Part shown: positions 19,256-28,264 of the stretch, piece by piece
Numbering within the stretch: the stretch's first letter is position 1
How the letters are laid out: each line of letters begins with the position of its first letter
From: Deltaproteobacteria bacterium
Lineage (GTDB): Bacteria; Myxococcota; Kuafuiibacteriia; Kuafuiibacteriales; Kuafuiibacteriaceae
Assembly (NCBI GenBank): GCA_040218735.1
Contig: JAVJQW010000003.1
Span: 85,148 to 149,147, forward strand
Direction of reading: 5' to 3'
Length of the DNA: 64,000 nt
Notes under the pieces: model-generated
The model's database searches: none
What the model saw: the letters and a program-made list of their open reading frames with translations, nothing else
What the model was told of the DNA's origin: nothing
Program-made: the position numbers and the translations under genes

Positions 19256-19731
19256 CGTCGATCCCTCCACATCGTCAGCCGCTCCGGGGGCTGCTGCAGG
19301 TAAGCCGCGTGACACTGGACGCATGTCGTCGTCAGCGACGCGTAGGCCTGCGTCATGCCTTCGAGATCCTCGCGGCGCGCTTCGTCGGCGAGCCGCGACG
19401 CGTCTTCGACCAGCTGGTCCTGGAGATCGAAGAACGCCGCGGGCAGCCGACTCGCGAGCTCGGACGCGTCGTTCGCCAACGGGCGCGCGATCCGAGGCTG
19501 CGCCGCGATGTCGTCCGCGATCTCCTCGACGCTACGCGTGTCCAGGAACAACATCGCCCAGACGAGGTCCGACATATCGCGACCGTGGGTCATCATCCGC
19601 TCCGCGAGCAGCTGACGCGCCACGAGCGGGATGTGTTCGGGCTCGGGCATCTGCCGAACGGTCGGCGCCGCGGGAGGCGGCGCCGACGCGCAGGCAACGG
19701 TCACCGGGAGTAGGAGCCACCAGGCACGCAT
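19252..19731 (-). CDS. Cytochrome c'-like four-helix lipoprotein
   Basis: Lipobox TVAC; C-terminal CVQCH haem motif; ATGA overlap with the CBS gene. Confidence 0.75.
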   Translation of the reverse strand: MRAWWLLLPVTVACASAPPPAAPTVRQMPEPEHIPLVARQLLAERMMTHGRDMSDLVWAMLFLDTRSVEEIADDIAAQPRIARPLANDASELASRLPAAFFDLQDQLVEDASRLADEARREDLEGMTQAYASLTTTCVQCHAAYLQQPPERLTMWRDRR

Positions 19732-19747
19732 CTCGCGGCCCTGAAAG

Positions 19748-19763
19748 AGCAAGGCCCGTGCCC
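19748..19763 (-). promoter_or_regulatory. Sigma-54-type promoter
   Basis: GGGCACGGGCCTTGCT on the minus strand, 18 nt upstream of ATG 19731. Confidence 0.6.
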
Positions 19764-19833
19764 AGCGATCGCGGGAGGTGGGATCGGCCCGGCCGTTCCC
19801 CTCGGGTAACGAGGGGCGCCTCCGAGTCACCGA

Positions 19834-21201
19834 TCACTGCACGACGATGGCCTGGTCGAGGATCGCGGTGTTGCCGCTGGCGTCGGTCACCTGGAGCCGC
19901 GCGTTGTGGGTCGCGGGCGTCTCCCGGATCGTCGAGTAGAACGGGAGCGAGCCGGAGTAGGTCGGCGTCGCGCCCGGCACGTAGTCGAGCCAAAGCGTGA
20001 AGTTCGTGATCGGGCCGTTGCTGCACGACATGTCGACCGTGAACGACTGACCCGTCAGCGGCTGCGCCGGGTTCGTCGTGAAACACGCCGACAGCGTGAC
20101 CCCGTTCACCGTCACGGTGAGCGGGCGCGAAGCCGTCGTGCCCACCGAGTCCGTGACGAACACCGTGTACGTGCGCGTCTGGCCCGGCGTCGCGACCGGG
20201 TTCGGGATGTCCGTCGCGGAGAGGGTGTTGCCCGGGTTCGTCCACGAGAAGCTGTACGGCGGGACGCCGCCGGCCGCGTTGGCGACGAGCTGCGAGCTAC
20301 CGCCGGGCGTGATCACCGCGGGGTTCGCGGACGCGAACACACGAAGCGTCACGGTCACGGTCACGGAGCCGTGCAGCTGCGCGCCGACGGCGTCGGTCAC
20401 GGTCACGTCGTAGGTCGTGGTCTGCGCGGGGAACGCAACCGGGTTGCGGATGTTGGTGTTCGACAGCGTCGCGGACGGCGCCCACTGGTAGTTGTACGGC
20501 GGCACGCCGCTCGACACACTCACGTCGAGCTGCGACGAGAAGCCGACGTTGATGACGGCCGGGTTCGCGGTCACGGTGATGCCCGCGGAGACGGACACGG
20601 TCGCGGACGCGAGCGCCACGTTGCCCGCAGCGTCGGTGACCGTGACGTCGTACGTCGTCGTCGCGGACGGTGACGCGGTCGGGTTCGCGATCGTCGGATC
20701 ACTGAGCGTCGCGCCGTTCGACCACGCGTACGTGTACGGTGCGACGCCGCCGGTCGCGTTTGCGGTCAGCTGTGCGGTGCCGCCAGCGTTGATCGTCCCC
20801 GGGGTCGCCGAAGCGGAGACGCTCAAAGGCGTACCGACAGTGATGGTCATCGACCCTTCGCCGAAATCATCAACCTGCGAATACAAAAAACCGACGGACG
20901 CGTTGAACAACGGCGCGATCGTCGTGGAAGCGCACAGCTCACGCGTCACGCTGCCGCGCGATCGTATCGTGTGCACGGACAGTCCCGGCGGTTCGTTGCA
21001 CAACGTGAAGCCGTCCTGCGCGACCCAGTCGACGGCGCAGGGATTCGAAAGCGCGACGCACTCACCGGGGTTCATCGTGATCGACGGCGTCGTGCACGTG
21101 AGTGTCGTCGGTCGCGTGTCACAGTTCGATCGACTCCCGCACAGAACCAAGAAAGAGACCGATCCGATGAGGAGCTCACGCAAGCGACTTCGACGACCCA
21201 T
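19834..21201 (-). CDS. Exported Ig-like/PKD repeat protein
   Basis: Three repeats of A.P..I..G...QL....GG.PPY.Y.W...TLS...I.NP.A.P..T.TY.V.VTD plus a terminal PKD-like domain. Confidence 0.8.
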   Translation of the reverse strand: MGRRSRLRELLIGSVSFLVLCGSRSNCDTRPTTLTCTTPSITMNPGECVALSNPCAVDWVAQDGFTLCNEPPGLSVHTIRSRGSVTRELCASTTIAPLFNASVGFLYSQVDDFGEGSMTITVGTPLSVSASATPGTINAGGTAQLTANATGGVAPYTYAWSNGATLSDPTIANPTASPSATTTYDVTVTDAAGNVALASATVSVSAGITVTANPAVINVGFSSQLDVSVSSGVPPYNYQWAPSATLSNTNIRNPVAFPAQTTTYDVTVTDAVGAQLHGSVTVTVTLRVFASANPAVITPGGSSQLVANAAGGVPPYSFSWTNPGNTLSATDIPNPVATPGQTRTYTVFVTDSVGTTASRPLTVTVNGVTLSACFTTNPAQPLTGQSFTVDMSCSNGPITNFTLWLDYVPGATPTYSGSLPFYSTIRETPATHNARLQVTDASGNTAILDQAIVVQ

Positions 21202-21401
21202 GGTATCAATCTAGATCGTCCCAAGCATTCGAGAACAGTTGGGTTTTAGTCCGATGGGTGCACATCCCATGCGTGTCACGGGGTCCTGACAGCAGCCGCG
21301 GCGACATAGGTACACACCCACCCCCCTTCGATCGTCACGCATTCGTCCCCCACCTGACCGTTGCGCAGCGCGCACCACCTCGCCATAAACCTTCCGCAAT
21401 C

Positions 21402-22274
21402 ATGCGATCTCGCCTGGCCTTCGTCGCAGGAACGCTCCTTCTGGTCGCTTGTGAGAGCGATCCGCTCTACGAGCGCCAGCTCCCGAGGGACGGCGGCGTC
21501 GTGTTCGTCCGCGACGGCGGCCCCGCGATCACACCCGACGCGGGCACGCCCGACGCCGGCACGCCGGACAGCGGCGAGCCCCCCGTGGCGATGGAACCCG
21601 TCTACATCCACACCGGCCAGACGCTGTTTGCCTACGACCCCGCCACGAATACCACCTCGCAGATCGGCGACTTCTTCGTCACGAGCGGCCAGCTCGAAGA
21701 CATGGTCGACATCGCGATCGACTCGCAGGGCCGACTGTTCGGCGGCACGCGACAAGCCGGCAGCCAAGCCGACGCGAACCGCATCTACCAGATCGATCCC
21801 GAGACTGCGGAGTGTCGCTACCGCTTCTCCTACGACGACACGCTGCACGGCCTGACGTTCCTCCCGGACGGCCGACTCGTGATCGCCGGCGAGCGCGTGA
21901 GCGTCGTCGATCCGATCAGCGGCTCACAGCTCGTCGAGTTCCCCGCGGCAAACGCGTACCAGACCTCGGGTGACATCGTCGGCCTCCCCGACGGCAACCT
22001 CTACTGGACCGTGCGCGGCGAGCGCCGCATGGACGGCAGCTACGAGAACGACTCCGTGGTGCGCATCGATCCTTCGACGGGCAACATCTCCTGGCTCGGC
22101 GAAGCCGCGGTCACGCGCATCTACGGGCTCGGCTACGCAAACGGTCAGCTGTTCGGCTTCAGCAGCATGGGCGTCGTCGTGACGATCCAACCGGAGAACG
22201 GCGTCGTCGTTCGCCAGGCGCCGCTCGCCGGGCGCTGGTTCGGCGCTACGACGAACCCGGTGCTCTGGGAGTAG
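21402..22274 (+). CDS. Beta-propeller lipoprotein
   Basis: Lipobox LVAC; PDAG linker; blades DIAID..G.LFG, GLTF.PDG, SGDIV...DG.LY, YGLGY.NG.LFGF. Confidence 0.75.
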   Translation: MRSRLAFVAGTLLLVACESDPLYERQLPRDGGVVFVRDGGPAITPDAGTPDAGTPDSGEPPVAMEPVYIHTGQTLFAYDPATNTTSQIGDFFVTSGQLEDMVDIAIDSQGRLFGGTRQAGSQADANRIYQIDPETAECRYRFSYDDTLHGLTFLPDGRLVIAGERVSVVDPISGSQLVEFPAANAYQTSGDIVGLPDGNLYWTVRGERRMDGSYENDSVVRIDPSTGNISWLGEAAVTRIYGLGYANGQLFGFSSMGVVVTIQPENGVVVRQAPLAGRWFGATTNPVLWE

Positions 22275-22611
22275 GGAACACTTCCGGCTTCGCACCGCTC
22301 GCCGCGGTCGCGAGCAACGCGCGCAACGCTTCGACGAACGCGCGCACGTCGATCCCCAACCAAACGTCCGGCGCCGTCTCGAGCACGGTGAGCGCGCGTT
22401 CGATCTTGCCGGGCGCCGCGCGCGCGCCGACGTCGTTCACGATCTTGTGGAACGCCGCCGCGACGTGGACGAACGCGATCGCGATGTCGAACGACGGGTC
22501 GTCCTCCTCGAAACACTCCGCGACGTCCTCGAGGAGCTCGTGTGCCTCGTAGTGCTCGCCGGCCGCCCACTCGCGGAGTGCTTCGTCGAACAGACGTTTT
22601 GCCTTGGTCAC
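22246..22611 (-). CDS. DUF309-family protein
   Basis: G.HYEAHELLE...VAAAFH; GTGA overlap with the DHH gene. Confidence 0.75.
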   Translation of the reverse strand: MTKAKRLFDEALREWAAGEHYEAHELLEDVAECFEEDDPSFDIAIAFVHVAAAFHKIVNDVGARAAPGKIERALTVLETAPDVWLGIDVRAFVEALRALLATAASGAKPEVFPTPRAPGSS

Positions 22612-23960
22612 GGCGCCCACGCGAGCACGCGGTCGGCGACGGCGTCGATCGGTGCGCCCCAGACCCGCGCCGCTGCGGAGTGCCCGTGGCCGCCGCCGCC
22701 GAGCCGTTCGGCGATACGAAGTGCGTGCTCGCCGCCAGCGCTGCGGAGGCTGACGGTCGTGCGATCCTCCTCCTCGAAGAGGACGGACGCGATGCCGCCG
22801 TGCTCGGTGAGGTGCTCGTCCCGGAGCGTCTTGAAGACGATGTCGAGATCGAACCGGTGGAAGCGCGGCTCGTCGAGGCGCGCGACATCGAGCACGAGAT
22901 CGAAGTACGGCGCCGGCACCCGGAGCATCGACAGCGGGAGGTCGCGGTCGTCCTCGAACGATTCGTAGGTGAGGACGTCGCCGCGCGCGTGCAGCTTGTC
23001 GAGCCGCGCCGCGAAGGGCGGAGGGAGGTTCACGAACTTCCCCTCGGCGAGCGCGCGGACCCGAGGCGAGACGTCCACGGTGATCGCGTCGCGCACGTCC
23101 GCGACCGAGCCGCCCGCGCGCTGGAGCATGAACTTGAAGCAACCGAAGTGCGTGCGGTCGATGCCGGGGTGCTCACCGAACCCGACGTCCGTCGCGAACC
23201 CCGCGAGCGCCGGGCGGTAGATCGCGCCGTACTGCCGAGAGGAGATCTGGTGGTCGAGCTTGCCGATCAACGCGGCCGACATCATCGCGGCGGCGGGGTA
23301 GCTCGCGTTGATCCAGGTGACGAAGTCCTGGTCGGGGCGCAAGCCAAACGCTTCGCGTGACGTTTCACCGCGGTGGTGGTCGACGACCGCGACGTCCTTC
23401 GCGTCGGTGAGGAGCCCGTGCGCGCCGCCGATCAGCTCGGGGCTCATCACGTCCATGACGATCGCGAGGTCCCACGACTTCCCGTCGAGATCCGCGGCGG
23501 TGCGGACCTGGCCCTGATCGTCGACGCCGTGCAGCTGCGCGGAGAGATCGTCATCGACGCAGACGTCGACGCGTTTGCCGATCGAACGCAGCGCGCGGGA
23601 GAGTGACAGCGTCGATCCCACGCAGTCGGCGTCGGGGCGGACGTGACCGATCAGCAGCACCGATCGCGCGTCGCGGATCCGATCCACGAGCGCGGCGGGG
23701 ACGTCCGGCAACGAAGCGGGATCCACGGCCGGATAGGTGCGGCACGCGACCGCCTGCTCGAGCGTGAAGCCATCGCGCAGCGCGAACGTGGTCGCCGGGG
23801 TCTTGCTCAGGCGCGGCAGCGCACCGAACCCTCGGACCGGCGGGAGCTGCGGCTCGGCCCGCTCCACGGAGGGATCCACGTCGGCCGTCGAAAGGCCGGG
23901 CGGAGCGATGAGCCCCAGGCGATGGATCCCGAACGACGCCACGCATCCTACACCTACCAC
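22608..23960 (-). CDS. DHH-family phosphoesterase (NrnA-like) with N-terminal extension
   Basis: GH.RPDADC.GS, VMD, VDHH, SLRS, GGGGH..AA; start uncertain. Confidence 0.85.
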   Translation of the reverse strand: MVGVGCVASFGIHRLGLIAPPGLSTADVDPSVERAEPQLPPVRGFGALPRLSKTPATTFALRDGFTLEQAVACRTYPAVDPASLPDVPAALVDRIRDARSVLLIGHVRPDADCVGSTLSLSRALRSIGKRVDVCVDDDLSAQLHGVDDQGQVRTAADLDGKSWDLAIVMDVMSPELIGGAHGLLTDAKDVAVVDHHRGETSREAFGLRPDQDFVTWINASYPAAAMMSAALIGKLDHQISSRQYGAIYRPALAGFATDVGFGEHPGIDRTHFGCFKFMLQRAGGSVADVRDAITVDVSPRVRALAEGKFVNLPPPFAARLDKLHARGDVLTYESFEDDRDLPLSMLRVPAPYFDLVLDVARLDEPRFHRFDLDIVFKTLRDEHLTEHGGIASVLFEEEDRTTVSLRSAGGEHALRIAERLGGGGHGHSAAARVWGAPIDAVADRVLAWAP

Positions 23961-24022
23961 ACATGTAGGCAGTCGGTCAGGTTTTCGTCGGTCGAGCGCC
24001 CGAGACCGGACGACGCGCCGCG

Positions 24023-26437
24023 TCAGCGGACGCGGATCTGGTGCGCACCGGGCCCTGCGTCGACGACGACGCGCCCGTCCACGACGACCGGCACGACCGC
24101 CGCGCCGTCGAGGGTGACCTCGGCGGGCCCCTGAGCGGGTGCGTAGATCTCGATGCTCCAGCCCTCGAACGTCGCCCCCGGGCTGACGTCCACGATGTGC
24201 GTACCACCTTCGCGGCGGCTGGAGATGGTCGCTCCATCGAATACCGTATATTCGGTGGATTCGCCGTCGTTCGGTGCGACGACCACCGTGAGCGCGCCCG
24301 GGTCGTCGGCGTAGCTCTCGACCGCGGTCGACGTGGTGGTCGCGAGGGTGTCGATGTTGTCGCGGAGCATCGGCACGATGCCGCCGGCGCGGATGAAGAG
24401 CGGGAGCTTCTCGAGCGGCGCGGCGACCGTCTCGACGCCGGAGTGCTCAGCGCCGTTCCACCAGTCGTACCAAGTCCCCGACGGAAACTGCACCTCGCGC
24501 TCACGCTGGCCGCGCGTGACGACGGGCGCGACGAGCAGGTGCTCGCCGAGGAGGTACGTGTCCGACGGGTGCACGCCGAGCTCGGGGTGCGCGAGGCCGA
24601 GGGGGCGAAGGATCGCACGCCCGTCGTCCGCAAGGCGCCTTGCATAGCTCCACACGTACGGGAACAGCCGCATGTGCAGACGCGCGTAGGTTCGGTACAG
24701 CGCGAGCGTGTCCTCGTCGCGACCGTTCTCGGGTGTGAACACCCATGGCGGCTGCGACGACGAGTCTCCGACCTGCATGACGGCGGAGAGCGCGGTCTGC
24801 TGGAACCACCGGATGTACGTCTCCTCGTCCGGCGGGCTGTGGCGGTAGCCGCCGGTGTCGGCGCCGTAGAACGGGAAGCCGGACGGGCCGAGCGTGAGGC
24901 CCATGATCACACTCGCCGGGAGGCCGCCGACGGCGTTGTACGGGCTGTCGTCGTCGGGGTCGACGCGTTCGCGGTGCAAGGAGAAGTCGGCGTCGAGGTC
25001 GCCCGGCCAGATGACGGAGGCGTTGGCCTGGTCGCCCCACCGCCCGGCGCGGCACAACAGGAACGCGCCGTCCTGCGGGAGCGTCTCCGCGTACACGCGG
25101 TGGTAGAGGCGGGTGTAACGATCGTGCATCGTGCGTTCGTCGCTGCCGTCCGCGAACTCCCACGCGGTGCGTGCGCCGCCGAGGCCGGAGATCAGATCCT
25201 CGGCGTAGTCGAGCTTGAAACCTTCGATGCCGAGATCGACGTAGGTCTGGATGTTCGACTGCCACCACGCGTAGGCGTCGGCGTTCGTGAGGTCCAGGAG
25301 CGGGCTCCAGTTGTTGAGGCGCACGCCGATCGTCGGTGGGAACCAGCCCTCCTCTTCGACCTTCGCGCGGTTCTCGGTCGCGTCCTGCGAGACGTACGGC
25401 ACGTGCCACAACGCGACGCGGAGGCCGGCGTCGTGCGCGGTTTGGATCATCGCGGCGGGGTCCGGGTAGTCGTCGGGTTCGAAGTCGAACACACCGACGG
25501 CGGTGGCGTACGGGCGGTCGATCCAGATGCCGCTCGTCGCGAGGTCGAGCGAGCGGATGCGGCGGATGTCGTCTTCGACCTCGGCCTGGTCGCGATTCTC
25601 GTCGCGCCAGATCAGCGGCCCGTACACCCACTCCGCGGGGAGCAGCGGCGGCACAGTGACGTCGTAGTAGTGCTTCGTGATGTCGAGCGGGTGCTCTTCG
25701 AGGAATACGTGGAACACGAGCCCCTCGCTGCTCGCCTCCGCGGTGCCGTAGGTGATCTCGACGAGGTCGTCCTCTTCACGCGCGACGTCGAAGACCCCGA
25801 ACCGACGACTCTCGACGAACAGCCCCCACCCGGTCGTGCCGATCAGGAGCGGCACGGGGACGTGCGCTTCGTTGCTCGCGCCCTCGAGCGAGAGATCTGG
25901 CTCGAGCTGCATCGATCGGATCTTGCCGCGGGAGTCGACGTCGTCGAGGTGCTCACCGAGACCGTAGAAGGCTTCGGTCGGGTGGCTGCGAACGCGGAGG
26001 CGCATGAACGCGATGGGCGCGCCCTCGGGGTCGGGGACGAGCTGGAAGCGGAACGCCCCTTCGGCGCCGGTGGAGATCGCGAGGGAGGCACGACGGCCGC
26101 CTTCGAAGATCACGTCGATGTTGCCGTTGTCGGCGACGATCATCTCGCGCGGGGTGCGCCAACGAAGCCCGGGCGGCTCGGTGGGGTCGAAGAGGGCGTC
26201 GTCGTAGATCAACCAGAAGGGGTCGTAGCTGAGGTCCTCTTCGAGCCGGTCGACGAAGCCGAACACAAACGCGTCCGCCTCGAAGCGAACGCGCGGCGCC
26301 CCCTCCGGTCCGATGAGGATCGTTCGGTCCTCGATGCTGACCTCGGCGCGGTAGGGCCCCGAGTCGAAGCGCGGAGCGTCTTCGTCATCGCCGGAGCAGG
26401 CGGCGAGCGCAAAGAGGATCGGGAGCCAGCGGCGCAT
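24023..26437 (-). CDS. Glycoside hydrolase family 31 lipoprotein
   Basis: Lipobox LAAC; FYGLGE, WID, GFKLD, W.GD, YGADTGGY, LLVAPV, PLFIRAG. Confidence 0.92.
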   Translation of the reverse strand: MRRWLPILFALAACSGDDEDAPRFDSGPYRAEVSIEDRTILIGPEGAPRVRFEADAFVFGFVDRLEEDLSYDPFWLIYDDALFDPTEPPGLRWRTPREMIVADNGNIDVIFEGGRRASLAISTGAEGAFRFQLVPDPEGAPIAFMRLRVRSHPTEAFYGLGEHLDDVDSRGKIRSMQLEPDLSLEGASNEAHVPVPLLIGTTGWGLFVESRRFGVFDVAREEDDLVEITYGTAEASSEGLVFHVFLEEHPLDITKHYYDVTVPPLLPAEWVYGPLIWRDENRDQAEVEDDIRRIRSLDLATSGIWIDRPYATAVGVFDFEPDDYPDPAAMIQTAHDAGLRVALWHVPYVSQDATENRAKVEEEGWFPPTIGVRLNNWSPLLDLTNADAYAWWQSNIQTYVDLGIEGFKLDYAEDLISGLGGARTAWEFADGSDERTMHDRYTRLYHRVYAETLPQDGAFLLCRAGRWGDQANASVIWPGDLDADFSLHRERVDPDDDSPYNAVGGLPASVIMGLTLGPSGFPFYGADTGGYRHSPPDEETYIRWFQQTALSAVMQVGDSSSQPPWVFTPENGRDEDTLALYRTYARLHMRLFPYVWSYARRLADDGRAILRPLGLAHPELGVHPSDTYLLGEHLLVAPVVTRGQREREVQFPSGTWYDWWNGAEHSGVETVAAPLEKLPLFIRAGGIVPMLRDNIDTLATTTSTAVESYADDPGALTVVVAPNDGESTEYTVFDGATISSRREGGTHIVDVSPGATFEGWSIEIYAPAQGPAEVTLDGAAVVPVVVDGRVVVDAGPGAHQIRVR

Positions 26438-26499
26438 GCGCGGAAGGTAGCGGAAAGGGCGGGGGGTGTCGTCGGACGTCCGCGGAGGACTCGGACGCC

Positions 26500-28191
26500 T
26501 CAGTAACCCAAGCGACGTCGCGGCATCTTGCCCTCGCGCACGAACGTCCGGGCCGTGAACACCCGGCGTCGCACCCGGCGCTCGCTGAGTTTGCTCGCGA
26601 GAAAGCGCGCCGCCGCGGCGAGGGGCCAGTGGGCGTCGTCGCGCTCCGGGAAGGCCTCGGTCAGCGCGTCCGACAGACGCACCGCCGCGAAGGCCGTCTT
26701 CACGCGGTGCGCGAAGAAGATCGGCAGCACCGCGAGGCCGTCGGCGGCCCGATCCATCAAGATGTCACCGGCCGTGGCCGGCTCCCGGAGCACCGCGGCG
26801 ACCGCGGCCTGCGGTTCCTGCAGGCGGATCGCTTCGTCGAGCGTGCGCTGGGGTCCCGGCGAGGGCGGCGCGTCGAGCACGGCGAGGTGCTGGATGAACC
26901 GCGCCGACTGGAACAACCCGCGCAGGAGCTCCGGCGTCTTGTGGCGACGCAGCGACTCGTAGACGGCGTCGGCGTGGGTCAGCGCGTGCGTGACGTCGAG
27001 CCACCCCTCCTGCGCCTCCGGATCACCTTCGAGCCGGAGGTCGAACGCGAGGAGACGACGGCTCGCGGCGAGGGACAACGCCAGCGCGATCTTCGCCGGC
27101 TCCGCGCCCTGCTCGAGCGCCGCGCCGACCGCGTCGAGGGCTTCCTCGAGGGTGCCGTTCGTCGTGGCTTCGACGACGCGTTCGACGTCGAACGGCGCGT
27201 CCTGCGCGCGCTCGAAGAGGTCGTCGAGGCGCGCCTCGTACTTCGCGACGTGTTTTTGGTACGACCGCATGTACGGCAGCTGGTCTTCGCGAGTGCCGTA
27301 CACGAGGCCCTCCGCGAGGGACACGAGCACCGCCGGAGCGTGCGCCTCGCCGACCCGCTCGACGAGCTCTTCACCCTTCACCGCGTAGATGTGGCCGTGG
27401 CCGTAGTCGAAGAAGTGGTCGGTCGCGGCGTGGCGGATCCAGCGGAACGCACGCGCCACGCCGTCCGGGGCGGCACACTCCGCGGCGATCATCGAGCGCG
27501 CGGCCTCCATGTCCTCGCGTTCCACTGCCGCGCGGAACGCGGCTTCGTCGCCGCGCTCGCCGGGCTCGGGCGCGGCGATCTCCGGGAGGCGCAAGTTGGG
27601 TTGCACGATGAGCTCGAAGGCATCGACGATGAAGTAGTCGGCATCATACGGGCGCCGCTCGATCGCCGCGCCGAGGTCCGCCGCGGTGGCGAGGCCATGG
27701 TCGAAGCCCCAGCGGCAGTGTCGGGCGCCCCACTCCACGCCGAACGCGAGGACGTCGGACGTCGATTCTCCGGCGGCGAGGAGGCGCTCGACGGCGCGGG
27801 CCGCGTGGGAGAAGTCGCCCTCGTCGAAGGCCTTCACGAGGCTCTTCTGCTCCGCGGCGACGATGGCATCGGACTCCGGCTCGGTGACGTCGAGCCACAC
27901 CGTGCCGTCGCGGACCTCGACGGGGAAGGAGCGGACGTCTTCACCGCCGATGACACACTCGCCGTCGGCGAGGTTGAACTTCCAATTGTGCCACTCGCAA
28001 GTCAGCTTGCCGTCGGCGACGCGGCCCGTGGACAGCGGATATCCTTCGTGCGGGCAGCGGTTCTCGACGGCGTAGATCTCGCCTTCCTCCGGGCGGAAGA
28101 CGACGATGGGACAGTTACCGGTCTTGAGCGCGTGACAACCCCCGACGGGGATCTCGTCGACGCGGACGACCTCCAGATACTTGGACTTCAT
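26500..28191 (-). CDS. Rieske [2Fe-2S] protein with large helical His-motif domain
   Basis: NRCPH.G.PL...CEWH.WKF, followed by FDHG, DYGH, DVTH and FFAH motifs. Confidence 0.85.
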   Translation of the reverse strand: MKSKYLEVVRVDEIPVGGCHALKTGNCPIVVFRPEEGEIYAVENRCPHEGYPLSTGRVADGKLTCEWHNWKFNLADGECVIGGEDVRSFPVEVRDGTVWLDVTEPESDAIVAAEQKSLVKAFDEGDFSHAARAVERLLAAGESTSDVLAFGVEWGARHCRWGFDHGLATAADLGAAIERRPYDADYFIVDAFELIVQPNLRLPEIAAPEPGERGDEAAFRAAVEREDMEAARSMIAAECAAPDGVARAFRWIRHAATDHFFDYGHGHIYAVKGEELVERVGEAHAPAVLVSLAEGLVYGTREDQLPYMRSYQKHVAKYEARLDDLFERAQDAPFDVERVVEATTNGTLEEALDAVGAALEQGAEPAKIALALSLAASRRLLAFDLRLEGDPEAQEGWLDVTHALTHADAVYESLRRHKTPELLRGLFQSARFIQHLAVLDAPPSPGPQRTLDEAIRLQEPQAAVAAVLREPATAGDILMDRAADGLAVLPIFFAHRVKTAFAAVRLSDALTEAFPERDDAHWPLAAAARFLASKLSERRVRRRVFTARTFVREGKMPRRRLGY

Positions 28192-28222
28192 GCATGCATC
28201 TTCGGCGCGCGCGCGCGGGCGC

Positions 28223-28238
28223 GCCAGCGCGGTGCCAA
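28223..28238 (-). promoter_or_regulatory. Possible sigma-54 promoter
   Basis: TTGGCACCGCGCTGGC on the minus strand upstream of the Rieske gene. Confidence 0.4.
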
Positions 28239-28264
28239 GGGATTGGCAGAAGGTTGTTCTATCG

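Noticed and set aside
21211-21400. Riboswitch in the divergent intergenic region (short hairpins, TGTCA-N8-TGACA)
   Set aside because: No recognisable aptamer consensus; at most a transcription-factor site.
24041-26506. Long alternative ORFs (this one, 423-2402, 628-2979, 14513-16465, 48239-50590, upstream part of 52241-54148 and others)
   Set aside because: Antisense or off-frame shadows of well-supported genes, expected in high-GC DNA.
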